Below are positions 20,679 through 31,366 of a stretch of 64,000 nt of DNA, one piece after another. Numbering within the stretch: position 1 is the stretch's first letter; every line of letters begins with the position of its first letter. The stretch spans positions 1 through 64,000 of the forward strand of contig DASXQR010000073.1 of NCBI GenBank assembly GCA_036507075.1. Direction: 5' to 3'. Source of the DNA: Acidobacteriota bacterium. Lineage in GTDB: Bacteria > Acidobacteriota > UBA6911 > JACQSX01. The translations under genes and the position numbers were made by a program. A model generated the notes under the pieces. It did no database searches, had not been told where the DNA came from, and saw only the letters and a list, made by a program, of their open reading frames with translations.

Positions 20679-22778
20679 TTAACTCACCGTCTGCGCTTGT
20701 TTTTGCTCGCGCAGGACGGCCTTTCGGCTCAGCTTGATCTTTCCCTGCTGGTCGACGCTCAAGGCTTTCACCAGGATCTGATCGCCCGGCTTGCATTCAT
20801 CGCGAATGTCGCGAATCCGGTGCTCGGCGTATTCTGAAATGTGAAGCAAGCCCTCGGTGCCGGGAAAGATCTCGACGAAGGCTCCAAAATCCAACACCTT
20901 GACTACCTTGCCCAGATAGGTCTTGCCTACTTCCACGGTGGCAGTAAGTTCCTGAATCATCCGAATGGCCGCCTGGGCCGCCTCGCCGCCGACGGAAGCG
21001 ACGTTGACGGTGCCGTCGTCTTCAATATTGATTTCGGCGCCCGTTTGTTCCTGGATGCCGCGAATCACCTTGCCGCCCGGCCCGATGACTGCTCCGATTT
21101 TGGATACAGGAATCTGAATCTGGATAATACGCGGCGCATGGATCGAAATGTCCGCGCGCGGTCCGGCAATGGTCTCCAGCATCTTGCTCAGAATCGTCAG
21201 CCGCGCCTCCTTGGCCTGACGCAACGCCTGCGACATCAGGTTGGCGTCAACGCCGCTGACCTTGATATCCATCTGCAAAGCGGTAATTCCCTTCATCGTG
21301 CCGGCGACCTTGAAATCCATGTCGCCGTAATGATCTTCGGCGCCCGCGATATCGGTCAGGATGGCGTAGTTGTCCCCCTCCTTGACCATTCCCATGGCAA
21401 TGCCGGCCACCGGGGCCTTGATGGGGGCGCCTGCGTCCATCAACGCAAGGATGCCGCCGCATACTGTGGCCATCGAGCTGGACCCGTTGGATTCCAAAAT
21501 GTCCGAGACCACGCGAATGGTGTAAGGAAATTTGTCGTCCTCCGGCAACACCGCGGAAATGGCGCGCTCGGCCAGGGCGCCGTGTCCTATTTCCCGCCGG
21601 CCCGGGCCGCGCAGGAATCCCACTTCACCCACGGAAAAAGGCGGAAAGTTGTAATGCAGCATGAACTTCTTTGAGTATTCCCCCTGCATGTCATCGATGC
21701 GCTGCATGTCGTCGGCAGTTCCCAGAGTCGCCGTGACCAGCGCCTGGGTTTCGCCGCGGGTGAAAAGCGCCGAACCATGAGTGCGCGGAAGCAGGCCAAC
21801 CTCGGCGGTGATGGGGCGGATTTCCTTGAACTGGCGTCCATCGGGCCGCTTTTTTGCCTGGAGAATGTCTTCACGGAAGATCTTCTCCTTGATCGCATTA
21901 AACGCGCGACTGGCGTGGCGCTGTTTGTCGTCATCTTCCGGATAACTCTCGACGATCTTGTCATGGGCCTGATCCATCATCCGGTAGCTGTGAATCTTGC
22001 CGGGGGCATAAAGAGCTTCGCGGATAAGATCGGCGGCCTTTTCCTGCACTTCAGCCAGCAGCGCCGGGTCGAGAGGCTCGGGAATGTATTCCCGTTTCTG
22101 TGTTCCTCTCTGCCGGAACATTTCTTCCTGCAACTGAATCAGCTCCTTGATTTTCTGGTGGCCAAACTGCAAGGCTTCAACCATTCTCTCTTCGGAAACT
22201 TCCTTGGCGCCTGCCTCCACCATCACGATGGCATCTTTGCTTCCGGCCACAATCAGATTCAACGCGCTGTTCTTGATCTGCTCAAAAGTCGGATTGACGA
22301 CCAGCTTTTCTTCCACCAGGCCCACGCGAACGCCGGCGATCGGATTGTGAAAGGGAATAGGCGACAGGTACAGCGCCGCCGAAGCGCCGGTTATGGCCAA
22401 AACATCGGGATTGTTCTCCGCGTCTGCCGAAAGGACCATGGCAATGACCTGCGACTCATGCTGGTACCCTTCCGGAAACAGCGGGCGCAGGGGCCGGTCA
22501 ATGAACCGGCTGGTTAGAATTTCCTTTTCCGTCGGCTTTCCTTCGCGTTTGAAGAAGCCGCCGGGGATTTTCCCTGCGGCGTAGGTGTACTCGCGATAAT
22601 CGACCGTGAGAGGAAAAAAATCAGCTCCCTCTTTTGGTCTTAATTCTGAGCAGGCTGTTACCAGGACGACCGTGTCGCCATACCGGATCACAACGGCGCC
22701 ATCTGCTTGTTTGGCTACCCTGCCAGTTTCGATTGTGAATTCATGGTCGCCAAGTTGAATACTGGATTTTTGCATCAT
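20679..22778 (-). CDS. pnp: polyribonucleotide nucleotidyltransferase
   Basis: DFFPLTVDY, KIPGGFFKRE, RTHGSALFTRGETQ, RREIGHG, ESNGSSSMA, KH and S1 domains. Confidence 0.98.
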   Translation of the reverse strand: MMQKSSIQLGDHEFTIETGRVAKQADGAVVIRYGDTVVLVTACSELRPKEGADFFPLTVDYREYTYAAGKIPGGFFKREGKPTEKEILTSRFIDRPLRPLFPEGYQHESQVIAMVLSADAENNPDVLAITGASAALYLSPIPFHNPIAGVRVGLVEEKLVVNPTFEQIKNSALNLIVAGSKDAIVMVEAGAKEVSEERMVEALQFGHQKIKELIQLQEEMFRQRGTQKREYIPEPLDPALLAEVQEKAADLIREALYAPGKIHSYRMMDQAHDKIVESYPEDDDKQRHASRAFNAIKEKIFREDILQAKKRPDGRQFKEIRPITAEVGLLPRTHGSALFTRGETQALVTATLGTADDMQRIDDMQGEYSKKFMLHYNFPPFSVGEVGFLRGPGRREIGHGALAERAISAVLPEDDKFPYTIRVVSDILESNGSSSMATVCGGILALMDAGAPIKAPVAGIAMGMVKEGDNYAILTDIAGAEDHYGDMDFKVAGTMKGITALQMDIKVSGVDANLMSQALRQAKEARLTILSKMLETIAGPRADISIHAPRIIQIQIPVSKIGAVIGPGGKVIRGIQEQTGAEINIEDDGTVNVASVGGEAAQAAIRMIQELTATVEVGKTYLGKVVKVLDFGAFVEIFPGTEGLLHISEYAEHRIRDIRDECKPGDQILVKALSVDQQGKIKLSRKAVLREQKQAQTVS

Positions 22779-22900
22779 TAGAAACCTCCGTTGAGTTGAC
22801 CAGTCAAGCGGCGGAATCGCCGGTGCCTTGAATTGCAGCCCCGGAAGGGCCGCAACCTGCTCTTGCGAGGAAGTCCTGCGCCTGGGTAACGAATTCCGGT

Positions 22901-23060
22901 GAGGGGTTCTCTGGTGGTACAGAAAACCGCTAGCGGACGTCGTGGGAGCTGGTCATGTTAAGGGTACCGTGGGAAGGGTTGCGGCGTGCCAATGGCAGGT
23001 TTACGAGCCGCCCGTCCACCACAGGCGACTGGTACTCATGCCACGGCCACCAGAATCCTC
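22901..23060 (-). promoter_or_regulatory. putative structured rpsO-pnp intergenic leader
   Basis: minus-strand GAGGATTCTGGTGG can pair with CCACCAGAGAACCCCTC about 130 nt downstream. Confidence 0.4.
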
Positions 23061-23330
23061 TTATTTGCGTATACCCAGTTTTTGAATAATCTCCTTGTAG
23101 CGTTCGAAATCACGCCGCTTGAGGTAATCGAGCAGCCTGCGGCGTTGTCCGACCATCATTAACAAACCTCTGCGAGAGTGATGGTCTTTGACGTGTTTCT
23201 TGAAATGTTCGGTCAAGTAGGTGATACGCTCGCTCAACAGCGCAATCTGGACTTCAGGTGAGCCAGTGTCGCCCCCATGCTTGCGGTGGGAACTGATTAT
23301 TTGTGTCTTCTGCTCAAGCGTTAACGTCAA
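23061..23330 (-). CDS. rpsO: 30S ribosomal protein S15
   Basis: [25 protein letters not shown] start with GGAGG RBS. Confidence 0.98.
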   Translation of the reverse strand: MTLTLEQKTQIISSHRKHGGDTGSPEVQIALLSERITYLTEHFKKHVKDHHSRRGLLMMVGQRRRLLDYLKRRDFERYKEIIQKLGIRK

Positions 23331-23406
23331 TCATCACCTCCAGTGAGCACCTGTTTAAGCGCGAAGTTAAGCCCTAAAACTACCATGATACACGGCAATT
23401 ATTCAA

Positions 23407-23492
23407 GGTTGAGCAAGTTGAGCACGAATTCGAGCACGAATTTTCACGAATTTCACGAATTTATCTAAGATTCGTGAAATTCGTGCTCAACC
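23407..23492. repeat. inverted nonamer array, family H (CACGAATTT / AAATTCGTG)
   Basis: GTTGAGCACGAATT...CACGAATTTCACGAAT ... ATTCGTGAAATTCGTGCTCAAC directly after the truB stop. Confidence 0.85.
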
Positions 23493-23493
23493 C

Positions 23494-24375
23494 TCAAACC
23501 AGCACAATATCGGGGTGAATGCCGCTCTGGCTGACATTGCCCAGCGCTACCAGATTCTCTTGTTGGTCCAGCAGCCGGACCCAGCCCTGCTGAACCGCGG
23601 GTCGGGGACTCAGATCCTGGCCATGGCAAATCCTTTGGAACTCTACGACTGAGACGGTCACGCTGGGGATATCCTGAAGCAGTCGCTCCATTGGAATCAG
23701 GTTAGCCTTTATCGTGTCCGGACCTGCATGGTCCAGAAGCAGCGCATCTTCCACCTGGTAGGAACCCGCAGCGGTTCTGTGCAGCTCACTAACCAGCGCG
23801 CCGCAGCCAAGCCTGGCGCCGATGTCGTGCACCAGTGATCGGATATAGGTTCCCGATGAACAACGCACTAGAATCTCTGCCTCTCTTGTCGGACCCGACG
23901 CAGTCCAATCCTGCTGAGGTGTGAGCATCTTTAGACAGTGAATGGAAACACTGCGCGAAGGCCGCTCAACCTCCTGTCCCTCTCGCGCGAGTTCATAGAG
24001 CCGCCGGCCCCTGATCTTGACGGCCGAAAACATGGGCGGAACCTGTTCGATGTGACCCAGGAAATCCCTCAATATTCGGGTAAATTGCTCATAAGATACG
24101 TCCACCGGTCGTTCTCGGATAACCTTCCCTGTGATATCAAATGTGTCGCTCTCCTGGCCGAGTCGCACCCGCACGCGGTATTCCTTGTCCATTCCGGTAA
24201 AGAATTGCGACAGCCTCGTGGCCCGGCCAAAAAGCAGCAGCAGCAGACCGGTGGCGAACGGGTCCAGTGTGCCGGCATGGCCGATTCTCCGGATTCCGGT
24301 GTGCCTACGAAGGCGGGAGACGGCGTCGTGCGAAGTCACGCCGGGCGGTTTGTCGATCAAGAGCAGTCCGTTCAT
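23494..24375 (-). CDS. truB: tRNA pseudouridine(55) synthase
   Basis: LLLIDKPPGVTSHD, GHAGTLDPFATG, PPMFSAVK, SSGTYIRSL; ATGA overlap with the upstream gene. Confidence 0.97.
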   Translation of the reverse strand: MNGLLLIDKPPGVTSHDAVSRLRRHTGIRRIGHAGTLDPFATGLLLLLFGRATRLSQFFTGMDKEYRVRVRLGQESDTFDITGKVIRERPVDVSYEQFTRILRDFLGHIEQVPPMFSAVKIRGRRLYELAREGQEVERPSRSVSIHCLKMLTPQQDWTASGPTREAEILVRCSSGTYIRSLVHDIGARLGCGALVSELHRTAAGSYQVEDALLLDHAGPDTIKANLIPMERLLQDIPSVTVSVVEFQRICHGQDLSPRPAVQQGWVRLLDQQENLVALGNVSQSGIHPDIVLV

Positions 24376-25325
24376 TGGACCAGCGGGAGAAGGTGATCCA
24401 AAACTGTTTTGACAACCTGGTCGCAAGTTCCGGATAGCCCGAAGCCGGCGGCGTTGGTGTGACCGCCGCCGCCGAAATGCTGTGCCACCCTCGCCACGTC
24501 GATATCGTCTTTGGATCTTAAACTGATTCTAAATTTTCCTTCTCCGTCCTCGCGGAAAAATGCCGCGATGCGAACGTCCTTTACCGAAAGAGGATAGTTG
24601 ACCAATCCTTCGGTGTCCGATTTCTGAGCTCCCGACTGCCGCAGCATTTCATCGGTAAGAAAAATCCAGGCAATTTGTCCGCCCGCGTCACGCTGCAGGG
24701 TGTTCAATACCATTCCCATCAACTTCACTTTTTCATATGGATTGCTGTTGTAAATGATGCGCGCGGCGAAGGTCGGATCGACTCCCGCACGCACCAGGGC
24801 GGAGGCCACTTCGAGGCTCTCCGCGGTGGTGCCGGAATACTGAAAAGAGCCCGTGTCGGTAAACAGGGCAACATAAAGATTGTTTGCAATGGCGATATTC
24901 ATCGGGATGTCCAGTTCGCGCAATAAGTAATAGATGAGCTGCCCCACGGCGGCGGCACTGACATCATTCCAGTTCAGGAATCCGAACTTACGGTTTGTCT
25001 GGTGATGGTCGATATTAATCAGCCGCAGTCGATCCAGGTCCGCCACTTCCGGCCGCTGGGCATCTCCGCACTCCAGAACGATTCCCGCGTCAAAGTCGAG
25101 GTGGGGTACCCGATCCCTGATCAGAATTTTTTCTATTCCCGGAAGTTCAGCGTAAATGGAAGGATGAGGGTCGCTGTTGACAACCTCTACTTTCTTGCCG
25201 ATTGATTCGAGCCCCAGGGCCAGTCCCAACTCGCTTCCCAGGGCGTCTCCATCGGGGCGCGCGTGGGAAGTGATGAGGAAGTAGTTGTGGCGGCGGATGA
25301 AATCCGCAATTTCAGGAAGGCTCAT
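24372..25325 (-). CDS. nrnA: DHH/DHHA1 bifunctional oligoribonuclease/pAp phosphatase
   Basis: HARPDGDALGS, NIDHH, TDTGSF, SLRSK, GGGGHTNAAG. Confidence 0.92.
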   Translation of the reverse strand: MSLPEIADFIRRHNYFLITSHARPDGDALGSELGLALGLESIGKKVEVVNSDPHPSIYAELPGIEKILIRDRVPHLDFDAGIVLECGDAQRPEVADLDRLRLINIDHHQTNRKFGFLNWNDVSAAAVGQLIYYLLRELDIPMNIAIANNLYVALFTDTGSFQYSGTTAESLEVASALVRAGVDPTFAARIIYNSNPYEKVKLMGMVLNTLQRDAGGQIAWIFLTDEMLRQSGAQKSDTEGLVNYPLSVKDVRIAAFFREDGEGKFRISLRSKDDIDVARVAQHFGGGGHTNAAGFGLSGTCDQVVKTVLDHLLPLVQ

Positions 25326-25344
25326 CGCTTTGAATTCAACCGAC

Positions 25345-25445
25345 AATGCGGATTTCGGAATGCGGAATGCGGAATACGGAATAATTTTGATCTCGGCCTA
25401 GGAAACTTAAATTGAATATATTCCGCATTCCACATTCCGCATTCG
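25345..25445. repeat. inverted heptamer array, family A
   Basis: AATGCGGATTTCGGAATGCGG... / ATTCCGCATTCCACATTCCGCATTCG between rbfA and nrnA. Confidence 0.9.
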
Positions 25446-25448
25446 AGG

Positions 25449-25790
25449 TCAGTCCTCTTTCTTAATTTGATCCAGGATCTCCTCGACCCGTTCTTTATAT
25501 TCCCGGGATTGATCCAAATAGAACACCAGGTCAGGAATTCTCTTTACATTCACCTGCACAGCCAGTTCCCGCCGCAGATAGCCGCGCGCGTGATCCAGCG
25601 CGCGCAACGCCCGCTGCTTGGCAGCCGCGTCACCGCTGACATCCACGTAGATCTTGGCCAGCTTCAAATCGGCGGACATCTTCACTTTGGTCACACTAGC
25701 CGTCTCTACACGCGGATCATCCAGACCGTAGGGGATGAGCTCGGTTACTGCATGCTGTATCTCTTCTGCTAAACGCGCGTCCCGGCGCAT
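25449..25790 (-). CDS. rbfA: ribosome-binding factor A
   Basis: DPRV..SVTKVKMSADLKLAKIYV, GYLRREL, PDLVFYLD; synteny with infB and truB. Confidence 0.93.
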   Translation of the reverse strand: MRRDARLAEEIQHAVTELIPYGLDDPRVETASVTKVKMSADLKLAKIYVDVSGDAAAKQRALRALDHARGYLRRELAVQVNVKRIPDLVFYLDQSREYKERVEEILDQIKKED

Positions 25791-25791
25791 G

Positions 25792-25963
25792 TTCGAATGT
25801 TCGAGTTACGAGTTACGAGTTAACGGGTTTCGAGTTCACTAATTTGCGAAATAACAAAATCAGAAGTTTCGGCACCGCCAGACGTCCGCGCGCGAAACCC
25901 GCAACCCGAAACCCGTACCAGTCCCGGCAATTTTCAATTTTTGAATTCGCAACTCGTAACTCG
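25792..25963. repeat. degenerate inverted family B array
   Basis: CGAGTTACGAGTTACGAGTTAACGGG ... AACCCGCAACCCG ... AACTCGTAACTCG. Confidence 0.75.
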
Positions 25964-25971
25964 ATATCCGA

Positions 25972-26259
25972 TTAAAACTCAATGTATTCGATCTGACATT
26001 GCGTCAGGCCCTCCCCCAGAATCGCCTCGCTTTCGCGCACGAAGGCTTCAGTGACGCTTTCAAGCGACTTCCGATCGGCTGAGATGCTCACCGCTCCCAC
26101 CATTGCCCGCTGCCAGAGTTCCTGATGGTCAATCTCGCTGATAGAGAAATTGAATTTCGACCTGAGGCGATCCTTCAGCTTCCGCAGGACCATCCTCTTG
26201 TCCTTCAGCGACTGGGAATAAGGGAGGTGAATCTCCAGGGTGCAGAAAGCGATCGGCAT
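25972..26259 (-). CDS. DUF503 (YlxP-like) protein
   Basis: SQSLKDKR, KFNFSISEIDHQELWQR; lies between infB and rbfA. Confidence 0.9.
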   Translation of the reverse strand: MPIAFCTLEIHLPYSQSLKDKRMVLRKLKDRLRSKFNFSISEIDHQELWQRAMVGAVSISADRKSLESVTEAFVRESEAILGEGLTQCQIEYIEF

Positions 26260-26275
26260 TCCGTCTGAAAAACCA

Positions 26276-26392
26276 ACCGCGAAGGCGCAAACCGCGAAAG
26301 GAATCGACTGCTCCGGTCTGGCTAAATGCCGTCGGGCCCGCCTACACCGAAGTCATCCGTTTACCTTCACAATCTTTGCGCTTTCGCGGTGA
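26276..26392. repeat. inverted family E arms (ACCGCGAAGGCGCAAA / TTTGCGCTTTCGCGGT)
   Basis: short inverted arms around an ~80-nt loop after the infB stop. Confidence 0.65.
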
Positions 26393-26409
26393 AATATGTC
26401 GGAACTTTC

Positions 26410-29214
26410 TCACATCAATTTGGGCAGCACCTTTTCCTTCGTGTAAGCCTCGATGATATCGCCCACTTTCAGATCGTTAAAGTTCTCCAGTGAAAAACCG
26501 CACTCGTACCCGGTTTTTACCTCGCCCACATCTTCCTTGAACCGGCGCAATGATCGAATCTTGCCTTCATAGGTCACGACGTTATCACGCAGCAGGCGAA
26601 CTTCGGCGTTGCGATTGATCTGTCCGTCGGTGACATAGCCGCCGGCAACCGTCCCCACTTTTGGAACACGGAAAATATTCCGCACTTCGGCGCGTCCCAG
26701 GAACTTCTCCTTATAGGTGTGCTCCAGGAGCCCGAGCATGGCGCTTTTAATCTCGTTGGCCACATCGTAGATCACCGTGTAGGGGCGAATATCAACGCCT
26801 TCATGTTCGGCCAGATCAGCGGCTCCCTTCTCAGGACGCACGTTGAAGCCCACGATAATGGCATTGCTGGCAGAAGCGAGCAGCACATCGGTCTCGGTAA
26901 TTGCGCCGACGCCACTATGCATTACGCGCACCTTTACTTTTTCCGTGCTTAGTTTCTGCAGAGATTCCATCAGCACTTCCGCCGATCCCTGCACATCGGC
27001 CTTGATCACAATGGGAAGCTCTTTAACCGCGCCGGTTTTCAAGTGTTCGAAAAGATGATCCAACGTCATGCGCGAAGTCTTTTGCAGATCGCGCTCTCGC
27101 AGGCGCGACTGCCTGAGGACTCCGATCTGCTTGGCCCGGACCGTATCGTCGAGCACCTGGAACGGGTCGCCGGCTCCCGGAATTCCCTGCAATCCGAGGA
27201 TTTCCACGGCGCTGGCCGGCCCGGCTTCCTCGACCGGATGCCCCAGGTCGTTAAACATGGCACGCACTTTCCCGTAGACCGGCCCCACGATGAATGAATC
27301 ACCCACATGCACGGTACCGTTCTGAACCAGCACTGTGGCAACCGAGCCTCGTCCTTTGTCCAGCTTCGCTTCCAGCACTGTACCCGTTCCGGCCCGCTTC
27401 GGATTCGCCTTCAGATCAAGAATGTCGGCCACCAGGAGAATCATTTCCAGCAGCAGGTCCAGGTTGGTTTTCTGGAGCGCTGAAACCGGCACGGTAACCG
27501 TTTCACCGCCCCAGTCTTCTGCCAGCAGGTTATGTTCGGAAAGCTGCTGCTTGACACGGTCGACGTTGGCTCCCGGCTTGTCTATCTTATTGATCGCCAC
27601 GATGATGGGCACCTGTGCGGCGCGGGCATGATTGATCGCCTCGATGGTCTGAGGCATGACACCGTCATCGGCAGCCACAACCAGCACTACGATGTCGGTT
27701 ACTTTGGCTCCACGGGCCCGCATCAGTGTGAAAGCTTCGTGACCCGGAGTGTCCAGGAACACGATGCGGCGGCTGTGGATGTCCACGTGATAGGCGCCGA
27801 TATGCTGCGTGATTCCACCTGCCTCTTTTTGAGCCACCTTGGCTTCACGAATCGCGTCAAGCAGCGAAGTCTTACCGTGATCTACGTGACCCATCACGGT
27901 AACCACGGGCGCGCGCGCCACGCGGTCCTCAGCCCGATCGGTCTGCTGCTCCTGCTCGGAGACCTCTTCCTCAAAGCTGACGATGTGCGCCTTGAAACCG
28001 AACATCTCGCAGATTTCGTTGACAGTCTTTTCGTCCAATGTCTGGTTGATGGCGGCCAGCACCCCCTTGGAAAGCAGCTCACGCAGGATGTCTTTGCTCT
28101 TGACTGCAAGCTTTTCGGAGAGCTCTTTTATTGTCACAGCCTCCGACAGCGTCACCGGCTTGAATTCGGTAAATACCGGGCGCTCCGGGCGCGGCACGGG
28201 CGGTACGGGAACACGCGGCGCTGGAGGCGCTTCGGGTCTCCTTTCGCGGCGATGCTGCGGCCGCGGCGTGTATGGCCGGGGTGGCAGGGCCGTGGGGCCG
28301 GGGGCAATTCTTTCGATCTTGCGGGTCAGATCCGCACCGACGGGCTGGGCAGCGGATTTTTTCAGAATAGTGGCAGGCTTTAACACGCCGCGCCGGAGAT
28401 CGGTTCCGGGCTGGTGACCTGCCGGCCCGGCGGCGGCCAAGGGCGCGCCCGGCTTCTGAGGAGGCTGGGCTGGAGCGTGAATCATCGGCTTTGCCGCTTT
28501 TGGCTCTTCGATCCTGGGAGTGCCCGTTCCGGTTGCGGGGCTGGAACCAGCCGCTGCCTTGTCACCGCCTTCGGCGCCATGACTTATGGCTTCCGACGCC
28601 GGCTGTGAAAGCGTTTCCACAATGTCCACCAATTCATCATTGGTAAAGTGTTTCTTGCCCTTGCGAGGCTTCAGCGCTGCAGGAATCTCCTCTACCTTGG
28701 GTTTGACGGCAACCGTCGCCTTGGAAGCGGCGGGTTTGGCGACGGCTTTTGCAGGGGCGGTTTTGGCCGGGACAGCTCTTGCGGCAGCCGCCTTTGCAGG
28801 CGGGGCCTTGGGCACGGGCGCCTTCGCCGGGGGCGCCTTTTCAACGACAATCGGCGCCTCGGCCGGCGCTTCTTCGACCTCTACCTCGCCGGGTACCGTT
28901 TCCTCCGCGGCCTTCTGCCCCAGTTGCTTGATGCTTTTTCGCGCGCGCGGCTTAGCCGGAGCCGCCTCTTTTTTTGCCGCCTTCGCTTTGGCGGCTTTCT
29001 CTTTTTCGCGCTCGGCTTTCTGGACCTCTTCTGCCGCCTGGTCAGCGAGAAGCTGCAGGCGCTTGCGCACGCGCTCGGCAATTCCCTGGTCCAGCGGAGT
29101 GCCCGCGGAAATCACCATCACGCCTATTTTCTTTAACTCAATCATCACCTGGGAACTCTTCAGATTGAATTCCTGGGCGATATCGTTGACGCTGACTTTT
29201 TCCATAAAAACCAT
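26410..29214 (-). CDS. infB: translation initiation factor IF-2
   Basis: [27 protein letters not shown]; long Ala/Pro/Lys linker. Confidence 0.98.
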   Translation of the reverse strand: MVFMEKVSVNDIAQEFNLKSSQVMIELKKIGVMVISAGTPLDQGIAERVRKRLQLLADQAAEEVQKAEREKEKAAKAKAAKKEAAPAKPRARKSIKQLGQKAAEETVPGEVEVEEAPAEAPIVVEKAPPAKAPVPKAPPAKAAAARAVPAKTAPAKAVAKPAASKATVAVKPKVEEIPAALKPRKGKKHFTNDELVDIVETLSQPASEAISHGAEGGDKAAAGSSPATGTGTPRIEEPKAAKPMIHAPAQPPQKPGAPLAAAGPAGHQPGTDLRRGVLKPATILKKSAAQPVGADLTRKIERIAPGPTALPPRPYTPRPQHRRERRPEAPPAPRVPVPPVPRPERPVFTEFKPVTLSEAVTIKELSEKLAVKSKDILRELLSKGVLAAINQTLDEKTVNEICEMFGFKAHIVSFEEEVSEQEQQTDRAEDRVARAPVVTVMGHVDHGKTSLLDAIREAKVAQKEAGGITQHIGAYHVDIHSRRIVFLDTPGHEAFTLMRARGAKVTDIVVLVVAADDGVMPQTIEAINHARAAQVPIIVAINKIDKPGANVDRVKQQLSEHNLLAEDWGGETVTVPVSALQKTNLDLLLEMILLVADILDLKANPKRAGTGTVLEAKLDKGRGSVATVLVQNGTVHVGDSFIVGPVYGKVRAMFNDLGHPVEEAGPASAVEILGLQGIPGAGDPFQVLDDTVRAKQIGVLRQSRLRERDLQKTSRMTLDHLFEHLKTGAVKELPIVIKADVQGSAEVLMESLQKLSTEKVKVRVMHSGVGAITETDVLLASASNAIIVGFNVRPEKGAADLAEHEGVDIRPYTVIYDVANEIKSAMLGLLEHTYKEKFLGRAEVRNIFRVPKVGTVAGGYVTDGQINRNAEVRLLRDNVVTYEGKIRSLRRFKEDVGEVKTGYECGFSLENFNDLKVGDIIEAYTKEKVLPKLM

Positions 29215-30719
29215 TACTCTCCACTATCCTCTCTTGAGGAGGCTGGTTCACTCTCAGCCGCTTTGGAAACTTCCACTTCATCTTCTCCAGATTGCCTGCC
29301 GGCAGGAACTTTATCCTCATCGCGTTCGGCTGCCTCTTCTTCGGGACCGACTTCCTCTTCCCCGGCCTGCGGTTCGGCTGCGATTTCGACTTCGGCAGGT
29401 TGTTCTTCTTCGGTCTCCTGTTCTGCTTCAGCCTGCGCTTTCTCAAGCCGCCGCTGTTCTGCGTCCTCCAGGTACTGGCGGGCGGCGGTGATCGCCTTTT
29501 CGGCTGTTTTCTCGCCGATCCCGGGAATCTCGCGCAGCTCATCTGGCCCGGCGTTGAGCAGGTCCTGGACGGTGGCAATGCCGGCCTCGTTCAGCTTCTC
29601 AACGGTTTTTTCTCCCAATCCAAGCTCCGAGATACTGGCAAGCGCGACGGCCATCCGCTCCATCTCATCCATGACCTCGCGCTTCTTTTCCTCTTCACTT
29701 TTGATTTCGATCTGCCAGCCGAGAAGCTTGGAAGCAAGGCGCACGTTCTGGCCCTTTTTTCCGATTGCCAGGGATAGTTGATCCTCCTGCACCACGACTT
29801 CGAGAATCTTCTGGTCCGCATCGGCAATCAGGACTTTGGAAATCTTCGCCGGGCTAAGAGCATTCACGGCGTATTCAACCAGGTCGTCAGAGAATTCTAT
29901 AATGTCAATCTTTTCACCACGCAATTCGCGAATCACGGAATTAATCCGCGATCCCTTCATTCCCACGCATGCCCCCACCGGGTCGACATCCGAGTCGCGT
30001 GAAAACACAGCCACTTTTGCCCGTTCTCCGGCTTCACGCACGGCATTCCGAATCGTGACCGTGCCGTCATAAATTTCAGGAATTTCCATTTCAAACAGGC
30101 GCATCAGCAGCGCCGGATCGGTTCTCGACATGATCACCTGTGGTCCTTTGCTGGCCTTGCTGACTCGCGCAATCACGGCGCGGATCCGGTCTCCCTGCTT
30201 GTAGATCTCAGATCTGGACTGTTCGTGGTAAGGCAGCACGGCTTCCGTCTTCCCGATGTCGATGATGACGTCGCTTCCTTCCACACGCCGCACGATGCCG
30301 TTGACCAGCTCGCCCACCCGGTCGCTGTATTCCGCGTACACATTCTCGCGTTCCGCTTCGCGTACTTTCTGGAAGATCACCTGCTTTGCGGTCTGGGCCG
30401 CGATGCGCCCCAGCACGTCGGTAGGCTTGGGGATTTCCACGGTGTCGTCGATTTCGAGGCTGTCGTCAATCTCTTTAGCTTCCTGCAGTGAGATTTCCCG
30501 GCTGTCGTTGGTAACTTCCTGAACCACGCGCTTCACCGCGAACACCTCGATCATGCCCGTATCGACATCGTAGCGGGACTGCAGATCTTCGTTAGTCTTG
30601 AAGTACTTTTTTGCCGCCGCAACCATCGCATCTTCGAGCGCTCCGATGATTACTTTCGAATCGATGTTCTTTTCCTTGCTGATCTGGTCGATCATCTGAT
30701 GCAACAAACTTGCGGCCAT
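29214..30719 (-). CDS. nusA: transcription termination factor NusA
   Basis: [11 protein letters not shown]1 and KH domains, [21 protein letters not shown], HhH domain and acidic tail. Confidence 0.97.
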   Translation of the reverse strand: MAASLLHQMIDQISKEKNIDSKVIIGALEDAMVAAAKKYFKTNEDLQSRYDVDTGMIEVFAVKRVVQEVTNDSREISLQEAKEIDDSLEIDDTVEIPKPTDVLGRIAAQTAKQVIFQKVREAERENVYAEYSDRVGELVNGIVRRVEGSDVIIDIGKTEAVLPYHEQSRSEIYKQGDRIRAVIARVSKASKGPQVIMSRTDPALLMRLFEMEIPEIYDGTVTIRNAVREAGERAKVAVFSRDSDVDPVGACVGMKGSRINSVIRELRGEKIDIIEFSDDLVEYAVNALSPAKISKVLIADADQKILEVVVQEDQLSLAIGKKGQNVRLASKLLGWQIEIKSEEEKKREVMDEMERMAVALASISELGLGEKTVEKLNEAGIATVQDLLNAGPDELREIPGIGEKTAEKAITAARQYLEDAEQRRLEKAQAEAEQETEEEQPAEVEIAAEPQAGEEEVGPEEEAAERDEDKVPAGRQSGEDEVEVSKAAESEPASSREDSGE

Positions 30720-30721
30720 GG

Positions 30722-31192
30722 CTATCCTTCGTCTTTAAACTCGTAAATCAAATTTGCCTTCTGGATATTCTCCAAATCAATTTCTACCGGGGCCATTTTC
30801 CCATCTTCCAGCAGGGCCATTTTCCGCCGCTCAAAACGCTGCATCGTCCCCTTGAAATTCCGCTGTCCGCCGATCGCCTCTCGCGTTTTCAGGCGGACAC
30901 GCTTCCCCAGAAATCGGACAAAATCGCGCTCTTTCACGAGGGGACGATCCAGACCTGGAGAAGAAACTTCCAGCGTGTACCGATGCGGAATAATATCTTC
31001 CACATCGAGCAGCACGCTCAATTTTTCGCTTATGTACTGACAATCATCCAGCGTTACACCGCCGGGCTTGTCGATGTAAATCCGCAGAACGGGCTGCCCC
31101 CCCGTGGTAAGGAATTCGTGATGCACGGGCTCATAACCTTCTTCCTCAACCGCCCTGTTGATCAGGTCGCCAAGACGGTCTGGGGCGCCCAT
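30722..31192 (-). CDS. rimP: ribosome maturation factor RimP
   Basis: LRIYIDKPGGVTLDDC, YTLEVSSPGLDRPL. Confidence 0.95.
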   Translation of the reverse strand: MGAPDRLGDLINRAVEEEGYEPVHHEFLTTGGQPVLRIYIDKPGGVTLDDCQYISEKLSVLLDVEDIIPHRYTLEVSSPGLDRPLVKERDFVRFLGKRVRLKTREAIGGQRNFKGTMQRFERRKMALLEDGKMAPVEIDLENIQKANLIYEFKDEG

Positions 31193-31208
31193 GCCAAATT
31201 CCTCCACC

Positions 31209-31240
31209 AAAATAAAAAAGTGGGCATTGCGGCCCACTCT
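31209..31240 (-). terminator. rimP leader attenuator hairpin
   Basis: minus strand AGAGTGGGCCGCAATGCCCACTTTTTTATTTT, the GTGGG..CCCAC plus U-tract typical upstream of rimP. Confidence 0.8.
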
Positions 31241-31266
31241 AGTAACTAGAGCGAATTGAGCACTTT

Positions 31267-31296
31267 AGTATACATAATTCCCAAAGTTCTTGGCAA
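31267..31296 (-). promoter_or_regulatory. sigma70-type promoter of the rimP operon
   Basis: TTGCCA-N18-TATACT about 25 nt upstream of the leader hairpin. Confidence 0.6.
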
Positions 31297-31366
31297 ATGA
31301 TATTCAGGCCCTTTCAGCGCCCCCGGGAACCCACTATCATAAGAATTGTTCGTGCCCGGGAGGCAG

